A stretch of 64,000 nt of DNA from Callorhinchus milii (taxonomy: Eukaryota): assembly GCF_018977255.1 (NCBI RefSeq), contig NW_024704743.1, positions 111,354,001-111,418,000 on the forward strand. The letters are read 5' to 3'. The position numbers and the translations under genes are program-made. The notes below the pieces were generated by a model, which was not told the origin of the DNA, ran no database searches, and worked only from the letters and a program-made list of their open reading frames with translations. Shown one piece after another: positions 51,998-64,000 of this stretch; within the stretch, counting starts at the first letter, position 1, and every line of letters starts with the position of its first letter.

Positions 51998-53835
51998 ATA
52001 TATTTATTTGTAAATATAATATTTAGTACAACAGAAATCCACAACAAACACAACGTCTTCTGTTACAATCTTTTCCTTTTCTCCTGATACAAAAAGCATT
52101 CCATTGTTTACGGTCCATTCCTTCACCGCGCTTAGATTCTGCACGCGTTTTTTGGAACGCTCCCTTTAACACAGTCGGGAGTCACCCCGTGTTCACCACA
52201 TCCATGTGTGCGCCCGTGCACATCCTGATAAGACGCGCTTGCCGCTTTCGGAAGGCGGCCCGATGTGCACCGTTCGCGCACATGTTTACAGTACATACAT
52301 TTTTGGAACACTCTTCGGGTACATCTCGAGCGTCTTTCTGTACCCTTCAGTCAGTTTTGGGTGCGCTCGTGGGGAGCCCGATGGGTGCGCCCTGAGTGGG
52401 TTGTGCCGGAGCGGCTCCTGCCGGGGTCAGGCCCCAACCGGCCTTTGCCGTGGTTGAACCAAACTTCAGCTTGTCCCTCAGTATATAGTCCCTGATCCTG
52501 CCAGGCCCTCAACGTCCCCTCGTTGTGCCAGAACAACACCTGGTTTCGGGAGTGCCAAAGGGCTTCCTTTACCGAGTTTATGATCCTCCAGGCACACTCA
52601 ATGTGGTTTTCGCTCTGAGTGCCCAGGAACAGGCCATACAGCACCGAGTGCTGTGACAGCGGGGCTCCAGGGACGAACCACGAGAGAATCCATTCCATCT
52701 TTTTCCAAACCGCCTTTGCGAAACAACACTCCAGGAAGAGGTGGTCCAGGGTCTCCTGGCCTCTGCAGCCGGCCTGAGGGCAAGGTGCTGACTGGCCTAG
52801 ATCTCAACCATGCATGAAAGCCCTGAGGGGGAGACCCCTTTTATCGCCAGCCAAGCCATGTCCTGATGATTGTTGGTCAGGGCCAGTGACGAGGCATTTT
52901 GGCAGATGTATCAACTTCAAGATCCTCACCCTTGTATTCAAATCCCTCCATTCCTCTGCACCCCACTACCTCTCTGACCTCCTCTTTCCTCAAAACAGTA
53001 TCCGTTGCCTTCGTTCCTCCAGGTCTGGCCTCCTCCTCGTCCCTCGAGTCCTCCACTTCACCCTCGGCGGCTGTGCGTTCAGCCACTATGCCCCGAGGCT
53101 CTGGAATTCCCTTTCTCACTCTCTCTCTTCCTATTTTCAGGTCTCTGCTGAAGACCTTTCTCTTTGACCGCAACTTTGGTCACCTTCCTCCCCATCCCCC
53201 TGGCTCGGTCCCGGGATCCGTTACTGTGAAGCTCTCTGAGACCCCGTCCGGCGTGGAGGGTGCTATATAAATCCAAGTTGTTGCTGTATGTAGCTGTCTG
53301 TTCTCGCAGGGTACCTCCCAACCAGGTGTGCCCTGTTCCCCTTTCAAACTGTTTGGACTACCTGTCGTGAGGACCACTCAGTAATTTGCACAGGGATCTG
53401 GGATGGTGATCTTCAGGAATTTCTCAACATAGGATAGGTAATTCGGGGCACGCTCAACTGTGTGGAATGTTTCGAGGCTGTTCTGCCAGACCTACCTTTA
53501 GCACTGGGTACAGGTAGAAACCCAGAACGTAGCAGCATTTGTTCCTGGTGTAGTGCGGCTCCAGGCACAGCCTCAGGCAGTTACACACAAAGGTGGCAAT
53601 GAGGATCAGGGCTACGTTAGGGACCCCTTTCCACCCCCCCATTTCCGCGGTTTTGTGCATCGTATCTCTGCGGACGCGATCCATCTTTGACCCTCAGATC
53701 AGCTGGAAAATTTCTCTGGTGACTGCAGTGACGTTGTTCCTGGTCAAAGGCCAGACCTGGCCAGTAACGCCGAGAGGGCCTCACACTTGATCCAGATTTT
53801 TCTCGGTGATGAACAGCCCATCCACATGAGAGTGA
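51998..53835 (-). mobile_element. Tx1/L1-like LINE 3' portion, interrupted by an L2 fragment (+, 52910-53284)
   Basis: ORF2-like remnants RVRRDTMHK..GG.GVPNVALIL.ATFVC and VLYGLF.GT..CAWRIINSVKEALW.SRN, with an AT-rich 3' end. Clade assigned from remembered motifs. Confidence 0.75.
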
Positions 53836-54834
53836 AGTACTTAGATGATATTTTGCTAAAAACAAACCCGCTTGAATGGTGTAATTTTAATGCTCTTGAG
53901 GTGGTTGGGTGTTGGTAGTGGGGAATGCTTTTGGTCATCTTTCTTCCCACCCCCTCTCTTCAGCTCTTCCCCCCTCCCCTCAGCTCCCCACCTGCTCCCC
54001 TTGGCTTCCCCCTCCCCTCCCATGTCCCCCTCGGATCCCCCGTCCCCCTGGCTCCCACCCCCAGCTCCCACCCCCAGCTCAGGTGCCAAACTAAGATTGT
54101 TAGGTGCCTTGGGCCACTTAAATGTAAATTTGTATTGTATTAAGTTTTACTGCCCAAGGCATTCTGTTCACAAAGCCTGTTCCACATTTCACACACCCTA
54201 GAGTATCTTGAAGCAAAGCTGCTTTGTCCTCTCGGTCAAGGATCAGGTTGAGAGATTGTTGGAACGTTTTAGCAAATACCAGAAACTGAGAGATACACTT
54301 TGAGGGATGGACAAACCACAGCAGACCAGGAAGCTAATGCTGGAACAGAGTGAACACCAGTAAAGTGCCTCAAAACAAACTGGGTGTTCAGCAGGGAAGA
54401 TGCTGTATGTTAGTCTCATGAACTGGCACAATGTTCACTCCCCCAGAGTACTCAGTTTTCAGTGCTAAGCATTTTTTTTCTGGTGGTTATTTTGTTTGAA
54501 CATTCTTCAACCTGTGCGTCAGTAGATGTGGATTGAGTGCATTTTGATGTAAACTGATTACAGATTACAAAGTTTGTATTTCCCCTGTGATCTCCATCAA
54601 GACTGTAGCTTTGGAGGGAGTTCGGGGGAAGAGCAATTCAATTTTTGTAGGAAATTAAGTAAAGTGCTGCAAGCAATGTTTTAATCTTTTCTGAGAGTTC
54701 ACTGGGAATATTTAAGAGCTGACTTAGATTGATGGTTTATTTCCGCAATGGTCCTTCGAGCAAGAAAAGTCCTGATGTCACGCAGCTATGGAGAATTTTG
54801 TTGAAATATAATTTATTTATTTATTTTTGATCAG

Positions 54835-55236
54835 CCAGGTGTCTGAAATATGCAGAAATCCATTACCATGCTTAAGAGTATCCAAACCAGATTGAGAGTT
54901 CCACATCTGTATGTCACCTACACATGGAGAATGCCCTGTGTCTGGAATGCAATGTGCTCTCACTGCCTGAAAGGACACATTCTGTTCACCTGATTTTGGA
55001 GAGTATTAGGCGCAGGTTGGCAAGAATCGAGGCTCGGGGACCCAGAGTGTGCATTGGGGTAATGCTGGAGTTTAACCAGCTAAAACCACATTTGTGGGAC
55101 ACTGCTGTGCACAATTGGCTGCCGCGTTTCACCCACAACATATACAGTCACTACACTTTACAGTGTATCCTGTGAAGCGCTTTGAGATAAGACGAGGTGA
55201 TAAGGTGCTATATCAAATGTAAGGATTATTATTATT
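54835..55236. mobile_element. Unclassified retroposon 3' end (- strand, 54835-55090) fused to a Deu-SINE 3' half (+ strand, 55091-55236)
   Basis: Reverse complement of 56085-56325 with a (TTTA)n tail at about 54812-54828, followed directly by TTTGTGGGACACTGCTGTGC and the SINE tail. Confidence 0.7.
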
Positions 55237-55759
55237 CACTTTATTTAGAAGATGTTAATTACAAAGATAGAAACATTACATACAAACACATGCATCTAAG
55301 GTGTGGGCAAAACTGGGTATGGTCATTCTTTATATGACCTTATCCATTCACAAAGACTGTATTTAGTATATTTAAAGAGTAATAAATCCCTCTATGCCCC
55401 AGCACCTCCTAATCCTAAACCTCTCCATGCGTCTGATCATCCTATCTGCTCGGCAAACTCAGGCTTTCTGTGTGTCCACCCATCCTCTCTGCACCACTGT
55501 CAGTGGCTGAGCTTTCAGTTCCTGCACCTCTAACCTCTAGATTTCCCTTCCTCCCTCTGTTTGTCTGTCTGTTTGTCTGTCTGTATCGGTCTTTAAATCA
55601 TTCCCTCTTTGAATGTAACTATGGCCACCTCCACCTTCTCTCTCCCCTGCTCAACAATGACCCCGTCATTGAAAACTACTCCAGAGTCATTTCCCCACGA
55701 ATAGGGTGCCATTCAGATGCAAGTTATTGTTGTTGAATACATGATCAAGCACACGTAAA

Positions 55760-56325
55760 AGTGGGGTCTCCTTGGAGACCCGAACTGGCTCCAAGGTGAC
55801 ATGTCTGGCAATGCAATGTTGAAATCGAGCCAGCCCTCTGTGGCAGTCTCGGTATTCCCTTACCTGAGCCAGGTGGGTCTGCAGTGTTCCAGGGCACTGC
55901 TGATTACCACACAGCCAGCCTCATCGGCTAGACCTGGGCAGACAAGTCACTGAGGCAGGAAGTCATCCCACTCAGTTCCTGTTAACCCTGCAAGCCAAAG
56001 CCCTAATGGTTAGGGTGATCCCTGCTGGACAAGCAGTGGGAAAACTTCCTGGACAGCAATATCAATGGTAAACTATGCGGTTTTAGCTGGATAGACTCCA
56101 GTAGTACTCCTACGCACATCTGGGGTCCCCAAGCCTTGGCTCTTGCCAACCTGCACCTAATACTTTCCAGAATTAGGTAAGCAGAATGCGTTCCTCTAGG
56201 GAGAGAGTGTGCATTCCATTCCAACAATCTATCTCTGAGATTTTCATGTGTAGATGGGATGCATGGAAACCTCAGCTTGAGCATGGTGATGGGTTTCCGC
56301 ACATGTTGCACACCCTTGCTGACCC
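55760..56325 (+). mobile_element. Unclassified retroposon copy
   Basis: Colinear with 29596-30149 over about 540 bp. Confidence 0.75.
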
Positions 56326-56504
56326 CCAATTTTTTTTTAAATATCAAGCACACCACATAAATAAATTGCTTTCTAAGACTTAATTCAAACTTATTTTCAT
56401 CTTGTGCGTGTATATACTGTACTCGTATAAATATATAGAAGAATAATCAAATAATTGTTCATTGATAAGGAATATCTGTTTGTGGCTGCTTGTTATCATT
56501 TCAG

Positions 56505-56592
56505 GAAGGTAATTCTTGCACTGGTCTCCAGTCATCAATCATCACGCTGTATATTATGTACCTCACCTGGTCAGCAATAAGCAATGAGCCAG
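56505..56592 (+). CDS. SERINC-family exon 7 ([29 protein letters not shown])
   Basis: tttcag|...|gtaagc, 88 nt, phase 0-1. [19 protein letters not shown] motif. One codon shorter than the usual GLLQ form. Confidence 0.95.
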
Positions 56593-59178
56593 GTAAGCAC
56601 CTTCCCTTCAGTGTGTGAGTGTTGTTTCACCAGCCCATCACCTCTTTTGGGAGCACTGGTGTGATGTGTGATGATAACGCGCTTCATACCATTGATGTTA
56701 ACACCCAAACTTTGCTTTACTCCAGTGCATGTTGAAGAATTAACCCCAAACACAGTTTTAATTCAATTTAGTCTTCCTCCTCATTGGATAGAATTCTAAG
56801 CATCAGGAAAGCATGTAGCCTTAAAACAAGAATTTCTTTAGCTTATGCCTATTGCAGTCTACTAGTTACATGTTCACCTCTTTTGAGAGCCCAGGTGTTC
56901 TTAAATCCCAAGTTCAGCTGGACGTTAAATATCTCATGCCACTACTCGAAAAGAGAAGGGACTTTCTGCTTGTGCCCTGGTCAATCTCCCAAATAAATTT
57001 TGTCATTCACTTTGTTGTGAGATGGATGATGAACTACAGTAAAACTCGCATAAGTTCTGTGGCTAATATTCTCGCATTCAAAAACACCGGTTTAATGATG
57101 ATTGTCATGGCTAGCACAGATTAGCTGCCCCATTTGTCTACAACAACAACAAATTAATCCTTTCATTTGATATAGCGCCTTATCATGTCTTCGAGACGTC
57201 TCAAATCGCTTCACAGAATATACTGTAAAGTGAATTGACTGTATATTTTGTGGGCGAAACGTGGCAGCTAATTGCGCACAGCAGCATTCCACAAACAGTC
57301 ATGGATTGAAGTGACCAATTTATTACTCTTTGTATACAATAAGTAACTCGTTGTGTAAAGCACTTTGAGAAACGATAAGGTGCTGGATTAACTTCAAGTA
57401 TTATTTTACACCCTTTTAACTGGTCAGATGCATTACCTGTTCTGAAACCTTGAAAGACCTTTCAATACCCCAGGAGGGTCTCAGAGTACCTGGGGGTTCA
57501 GCCACTTCAGAGTACTTCAGAGAATTGCTGTGTGCAAATTTGCTGTCACGTTCAACTTAAAAAATATACAATCAGTGTATTTTACAATATATCATGTGAA
57601 ATGCTTTGAGACACTCTCCCAAAATGAAAGGTCCAATATCAAATGTAAGGATTGTTATTATTATTAGAATGCAAAAAGAACAAAAGGATCAAAGCACAAA
57701 CACGATGCCCTCCTGTGGTTGAATACTTTGCCAACACTCAGTGTGAAGACTGACACATCAGTGATAGGGAAAACAAGAGGTTGTGGAATTGTGTCCCAAT
57801 AGAAGGGGAAAGGAATTGAATGGGAGAGGGAGAAAATAGCGAGAGAGAAAAATAAACTGAAGAAAATTTACTGCAAAAGGTAGAATAATAATACTAATCC
57901 TTGCATTTTGATATATTGCCTTATGTTATCGAAACGTTGCAAAACTCTTCACATACAGTAAAGTGATGTGGCTATTTGTATTTTGTGGGTGAAAGCGGCA
58001 GCCAATTTAGTAATTTACTTCACGGCTGTTTGTGAGCTATGCAAGTAGAAAGAAGAGAAAGGTTCCTCTTCCTGGCAAGTGTAGCAACACAATGTGGCCT
58101 CACAATACAACCTTTATTATTAATTAACTATGTTTATAAATGCACATAGTCAAAGTCACAGCACTTTACAGCAAGATTGTTTTCAATGCAAACAATCCCT
58201 GGTATCAGTACTGTGCACTCTCAGCAGAGGTTTAAGAACCACCTCTGCTTGACAATACCCTTTTAACTTTGTGTTCAGCATCCCACCGAGTAAACTCCTG
58301 CTGCTGCCCTTTCATGAAAAATACACCAGATGGATCCAATCATCTCTCATGGCTACACATTAACTGCTCTTAATAGGTAAAGTTCATTTGACCTTAAAGG
58401 GGCTAAGTAAAGGAGTATTCTAAACAACAGCTCTGCATTCCGAATAAATCATCCTCTCTCGCCGTAGCACTGATTTCCCCCCAGCCCCAGCACTCCACTC
58501 TTAACTGGTCCTAATAGAGGGAAAGGGGAGAGTTCAGTGAAATTTACATTAAAATTGGACATTCACTTCATGGCTGTTTGTGCAATATTACTGTTTGCCA
58601 ACCAACTGCTGCATTTGTCCTCAAATACACCGGTCATTACACGTTACAGTAAATCCTGTGAAGCTCTTTTGAGATGTGAAAGGTGCTAAATGTAAGGATT
58701 TTTAAAAAAAAAGATAATTGCAGTGATTCTAAACAGTTTATGTAGGCAAGTTAACAGCAGACTGAAAAATCCTTTCTTCGCTGTTAGAAGGAGTATTTTA
58801 CACGTAATTGGCTGCAGAGCCAGAATATAAATTAATGTCAGATTATTTTGCTGTGCTTCTAGAATGGAGAGTTTATTCAGGAAATGCACCTCACTACAGC
58901 ACAACTTTCATATTAAATTCATGCTCACAGGAAAGTTTGTGAAAAAAAGCATTTAAAGAACGAAACACGAGTTTAACATAGCGTCTTTTGTGTCAGGAGG
59001 ATGTAATAATAATAATGTACTGTAAATTGCAGTGACTGCGTAGTTTGATGGTGAATGCAGGAGCCAATTTGCGCACAGCAGTCAATCACAAACAGCTATG
59101 AAGTGAACGACCGAGTTGCAATTTATTGTACAATAAATTAAAGAAATTAGCAAACCTTAATTGAGATTTTTCTTTCAG

Positions 59179-59344
59179 ACGCTGAGTGCAATCCCAACAT
59201 AAACGTTTTTGATCAGACATTTCCTAGCGCTGACTTCAACAACAGTACTGTGAACATACCTGAGATCTCAGGCTCACGGCTGCAGTGGGAAAGTCTAAGT
59301 GTTGTTGCTTTGCCCTTTTTCCTTACCTGTGTGTTATACTTAAG
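59179..59344 (+). CDS. SERINC-family exon 8 ((D)AECNPNINVFDQTFPSADFNNSTVNIPEISGSRLQWESLSVVALPFFLTCVLYL)
   Basis: ctttcag|...|gtaaat, 166 nt, phase 1-2. CNP motif, NNST glycosylation sequons, then a hydrophobic helix ending CVLY. Confidence 0.92.
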
Positions 59345-59576
59345 GTAAATCACAACTGTTTGCTGTTGCATGTCATTTTACAAAATAAAAACAATAGTCT
59401 GCTGATGATATTTGTCCTGTGCAAATATGAAACTTCTAAAGTAAGCAATTTATATATTGTATCCTCCGCTCAGCTCACACAAGCCTGTTACGCATCTTCC
59501 GTGCAGTCAGTATACTCCTAACCTTGTTTTAGCACTTTAACTTTTTCAATTAGTTTCTGCCGTGTGTTTTGCTCAG

Positions 59577-59792
59577 CATTAGGAAGCCTCAATACACACA
59601 CAAGCAGAGCCAGTCCATCACTGCCCTGGATGCCAGCTCTCTGGACAGCACATCAATAGAGGAAGGCTGTGAAGAAGTGCATCGCTTTCAGGACACCGAA
59701 AAGCAAGGGGTTCATTACAGCTACTGCTTTTTTCACTTCATATTGTGTCTGGCTTCCCTGTATGTTCTGATGACACTAACCAACTGGCAGAG
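59577..59792 (+). CDS. SERINC-family exon 9 ((S)[71 protein letters not shown])
   Basis: gctcag|...|gtaaga, 216 nt, phase 2-2. D.EK.GV.YSY.FFH...LASLY..MTLTNW motif. The final exon was not found in the window. Confidence 0.95.
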
Positions 59793-60292
59793 GTAAGAGG
59801 CAGACATTTGGGGAGAGGGATATTAATCTGGTTATAATAATAACCCTTCCATTTGGCATAGCACTTTATCACATCATCAAGACGTCTCAAAGAGCACTAC
59901 AGGTATTTACTGTGAAGTGCAGTGACTGTATTTGTAAGCACACATTGCAGTCAATTTGTGCCCAATAATGTCCCACAAACAGCACTAAAATGAGTGATAA
60001 ATTTTATTTGGGAAATTGCTGGCCAGGCCACCAGGAGAAACTCCCTTCTCTTTTTGTATAATGCCATGAGATCTTTAACATCCACCTAAACAGGCAGAGA
60101 GGGTCTCGGGTTAACATTTAATCCAAAGGATAACATCCCCAACAATCCAGTACACCCCAGCACTGCAAATGTCAAGCTAGACTATGAGTTCAAAGTCCTG
60201 ATATGGAGCTTAAGTTTTTTTCTAAGCAGCTTTGTGCTTTGTGAAGTTCATACAATCAAATAACAACCAGCAAACAGCAATATACATAATTT

Positions 60293-60651
60293 AATAATAA
60301 TAATCCTTGCATTTGATATAGCACCTTATCACGTCTTCGAGACATCTCAAAGCGCTTCACAGAATATACTGCAAGTGAATTGACTGTATATTTTGTGGGT
60401 GAAACGTGGCAGCCAATTACGCACAGCAGTGTCCCACAAACGGTCTTGGATTGAAATGACCAATTCTTTTTTAAGGAAATATACCGCTGGAAAAGCAATC
60501 TGCCAATCGACTAACAACTGGGTTCCTACTTACTGCTAGGTAAACAGGCGTGTCTAATACAGAAACTTGCCCAACATTTCGCTCTGCCAAGAATCAAACC
60601 CAGGTCCTCTCGCTTGCGAGGCGAGTGCTCTAACCACTGAGCTACAGGACT
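60293..60651 (-). mobile_element. Family-A SINE, long form
   Basis: Head, internal segment, core and (ATT)n tail. Confidence 0.85.
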
Positions 60652-63600
60652 CTACGGCCTCACATTGGCTTCACAATATGTTTATTGGGGTATGCTTTAA
60701 ACTAAATGTTTCCAGGTAGGAAGACAATATTCTGGAAAAGGCTTTTAAACAGAGACGAATGTTGTTTTCACGGAGCGTGCATTTTGTTTAAAAAAAGGTA
60801 TCGTAAAGAATCTGGCATAACAATTGTAGATGTGACACTAAATGAAGTTTGGAAAGAGAAACCCAGGTGCCGAGGCCCCCAAACCCTTGCTCTGATGTTC
60901 AATATCATCTGTATCAAAACAAAAGATCAATAATCTGAATTCCTGCAGTACCCAGTAAATAAAAACTCACACACAAACAGTGCTTGTCTTATGATTTACA
61001 CATCAGGACTTTGAACTCACCCTCTCTAGGCTGACACTCCAAATGCAGTGCTGGAGGGAGTGCTAGATTTTTTTCCAGAGTCCTGGCCAAACAATTCCCC
61101 AAATAAAATTGGTCATTCACTTCATGGTTTATGGGCCACTGCTGTGCACAAATTGGCTATCGTGTTTGCCTTGGGTTCATTTTGCACTGCATCACTACAC
61201 TTTACAGTAAAATTCTGTATATTGCTTTGAGACATCCTCCCGACGTGTAAGATGCTACATCGGATGTAAGGATGATTATTATTATTATTATTTATTACTA
61301 CCCATTCAGATTATTATTAAATAGTTACCCCCATGTTAGCACAGCCTCAGATATCATGACATTTGTAGATTTCCTGCTTTAATTAACATCCAGCATCAGT
61401 TTCACACTTTAATTGTTATTTTTCATTGTGCATTTAGTAACCTCTATTTGTAGCTGGAAGGACTGAGTGGAAAATTTCAACTTATAAATGCATATAAATG
61501 GATGAAATGTTCACACTGCTGAAACTATGTTTTCCGTCCTGTCTAAATGTTATTGATGGGAGGAAAATCACCCCAATATTTTTTACAGAACCTTCTTGAG
61601 GCATAACCTGACCTTAAAAATATTAATATAAACACTTTCCTTTGCATTTTTATAATCTCTATTTTACAATGTTCATTTGTATGCTTTCATTGAATGAACT
61701 CTGACTGACTTGAATATGTTCACATCACCACCAAGCAAGCTCAGGTATTGATCACTGATGATTGACAGACTTTCATTTCTCACTGACAACTATATAGAGG
61801 TTTGCAAGTTGTAATTAACTTGCATGGCTCTGCCTCCAGGTGCTCCTTGGTTATTTACACAGGTCTCAAATTCCTCCGTAGTTGACATTTTGTGTTCGTA
61901 AATGGATTCCAGGTGTTTTAAATTGCCAAACTATTTTTCTTTGCAAAGAAAGTTGGATTTTGCAATTTGCAATAAGGCAGCTCTTTCCGATTATTGTCCC
62001 TTTGCTTGTTCTCAGTTAAATTATTTAATGTGAGAATCTCGATTTGCCAACACCTGGAAACTAGAAACTAGAACTGAGAGTACCTCCAAATCTTCCCAAT
62101 CAAACCCCCAAATGTCAAGGCATCAGATTTAGACTTTCTTCCAATAAACCTGGAGTCAAAATGTAGGGTTTGGAAAATCACAAGATCAAATACGCAGCAA
62201 ATCTTTACAAAAATCCACATCGAAGATATTATTCGAGCTTTGGTTTACATGTGCTTTACATATTATTATTATTATTATTATTATGTCTATCTGAACACTA
62301 TCACATATCCCATTAATTCATAACGTCGTGAACAAAACTGGATTGAGTGAATCAGAGGCAAATCTATGATTGATCCAGTTAGCACATTTCTTTCTGGCCC
62401 AAGAGCCATGCTGAGACATAGTCAATGCTCAGTGATGTTGACCAGAGAAATGACTGAGCGGATATCTTACACAATCAAAAACGATTTGGTAGTTGCCTCT
62501 CTTTTCATGTTCTTTTGATCATAGATTGTGACAGTGGGAGACAACTCCGAGATGCTACTCGTTTGAATGCAAGTTGTTGTTATGAAGTTGTAAAAGGACT
62601 CAGAACTAACAAATCCCAGTTGTGTCACGGTTCACTCTCTGCAACTCTGCTTGGAAGCTAAAAGCCATGAAAGTCAGAACTGAACTAGCTGAGCATAGAC
62701 TACAATACATCTGAGGCTCACTGGTTATGCATGCTTTCACAAAAACTACAAGCAAGAGTTTACAGGCATATATGTTGATTTACAGAGAATAATGGAACAG
62801 ACTGCCAGGAAATGGTGGAGTTGGAGAATGATGGCAAGTTTAAGATGGCAAAGGATTAATCTGTTTGGCAAAAGAAGGAATAAAAAGGGATATGGAAACA
62901 AAGTATTAGATGATATTTTGCCGATGTTTGGGCACGGCTTGATCGATGCAATGATCTGTTACCGCTGGTGCAGTCCTACGTTCCATAAAAAGTGAGGTTC
63001 AGGGCCAGAGGACTCAATAAAAGATAATGGGATTCTTCTTTATTGTGGATCATTTTTTTTGCAGGTTTCCTTGTGGTCACAACAGTGTCAATTAACTTGT
63101 GGGTGAGCTTCATTGTGATGAGTTATAAAATCTCAAGAGACATTATTTTGTAGTTGTGTAGAGTAAAAAAAAGGAAGCAATACACAGGGCTTTCTGGCTT
63201 TCTGAAGTTATCCTAACAATGCTGATCAATGTTTTTAGTATTGAATACTATTATATTTTACCCACTATCCAGTAAAAATGTTGCAACAACTTCAACAGAA
63301 TTTCCAGACAGCGATGAAGGTAAACAGTGACGAGGAGAGGAATATGCATTCCCCGGCCTTTGGATGAGACGTTAAACTGAGGCCCTGTCTGCCTGTTCAC
63401 TTGGATGTTAAAGATCTCATGTCTCCATTTGAAAAGAAAAGGGAGTTTCAGTGCTTCTGGTCGAACAATCCCCCTTCCACAATGAAATTGATCATTCACA
63501 TCATGGCTGTTTGTGGCACATTGATGTGTGCAAATTGACTGCTGTGTTTGCCTACAAACTACACAGTCACTGCACTTTACAATATATCCTGTTTTTGAGA

Positions 63601-64000
63601 TGTCCTCTGAAAGGCACTGTATCAAATGTATGGATTATTATTGCTATTATTATTATCATTAAGGCATGGCTCACGCCACTAATTGTCAGACACCCAGTCT
63701 AATGTTGCCTTTATAAAGTTAGAAATGAAAATTGTTAAGCTATTTATGGGCTGGGTATGCACAATGCAAAAGCTGTGTACTTACACACTTGCACTGTGGG
63801 CATATTCCAAAACTGGTAATATTTCTTTCCTCCCAACTATTTTCAAGTTTGCAGAAAAAAATACCTTGTAAGGAAGTTACGGGAACTGTAAACTCTTGAT
63901 TTGAATGTGTTGAATCATAAAAATCCTTTTACTTTATGATCAAATACCAAGCAGATTTGGGATGATTAACAATAGATGTCTTGCGTTACACACACAGTCA

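Noticed and set aside
63064..63152. Candidate SERINC terminal exon after a strong acceptor (tttttttgcag)
   Set aside because: In the phase required by exon 9 it stops after about 9 codons, and it lacks the WVKI.SSW and WTL.AP motifs.
1..64000. Recurrent GGGACGTCCTCCCGACGTGAAA motif as a CRISPR-like or recombination-site array
   Set aside because: Irregular spacing, both orientations, and always embedded in LINE/SINE tails in a spliceosomal-intron genome.

Overview
Eukaryotic (vertebrate) genomic DNA, very rich in retroposons. The repeat complement (Deu-domain tRNA-derived SINEs sharing a 3' tail with L2 LINEs, plus CR1 and Tx1-like LINEs) suggests a cartilaginous fish; this is inference. The right half (about 35.1-59.8 kb, + strand) holds a SERINC1/3-type serine incorporator gene, which I assembled by hand. 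Exons 2-9 have canonical GT-AG borders, matching phases and one open frame. With the best exon-1 candidate (35238-35273, behind a CRE/ETS promoter) this gives 1250 coding nt. The last exon was not found and probably lies beyond 64000. The protein is unusually divergent at motifs normally very conserved in SERINC (IQL..DFAH reads TEL..DFGN; QPRSGLLQ reads NSCTGLQ). There are up to three candidate first coding exons, one with an in-frame TGA. The left half (1-35 kb) has no protein-coding gene I can support. It is repeats plus unique non-coding DNA, including an L2 insertion that appears to have copied about 180 bp of neighbouring DNA and an unclassified A-tailed retroposon with a 10-bp target-site duplication. 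Repeat coordinates are approximate, read by eye.
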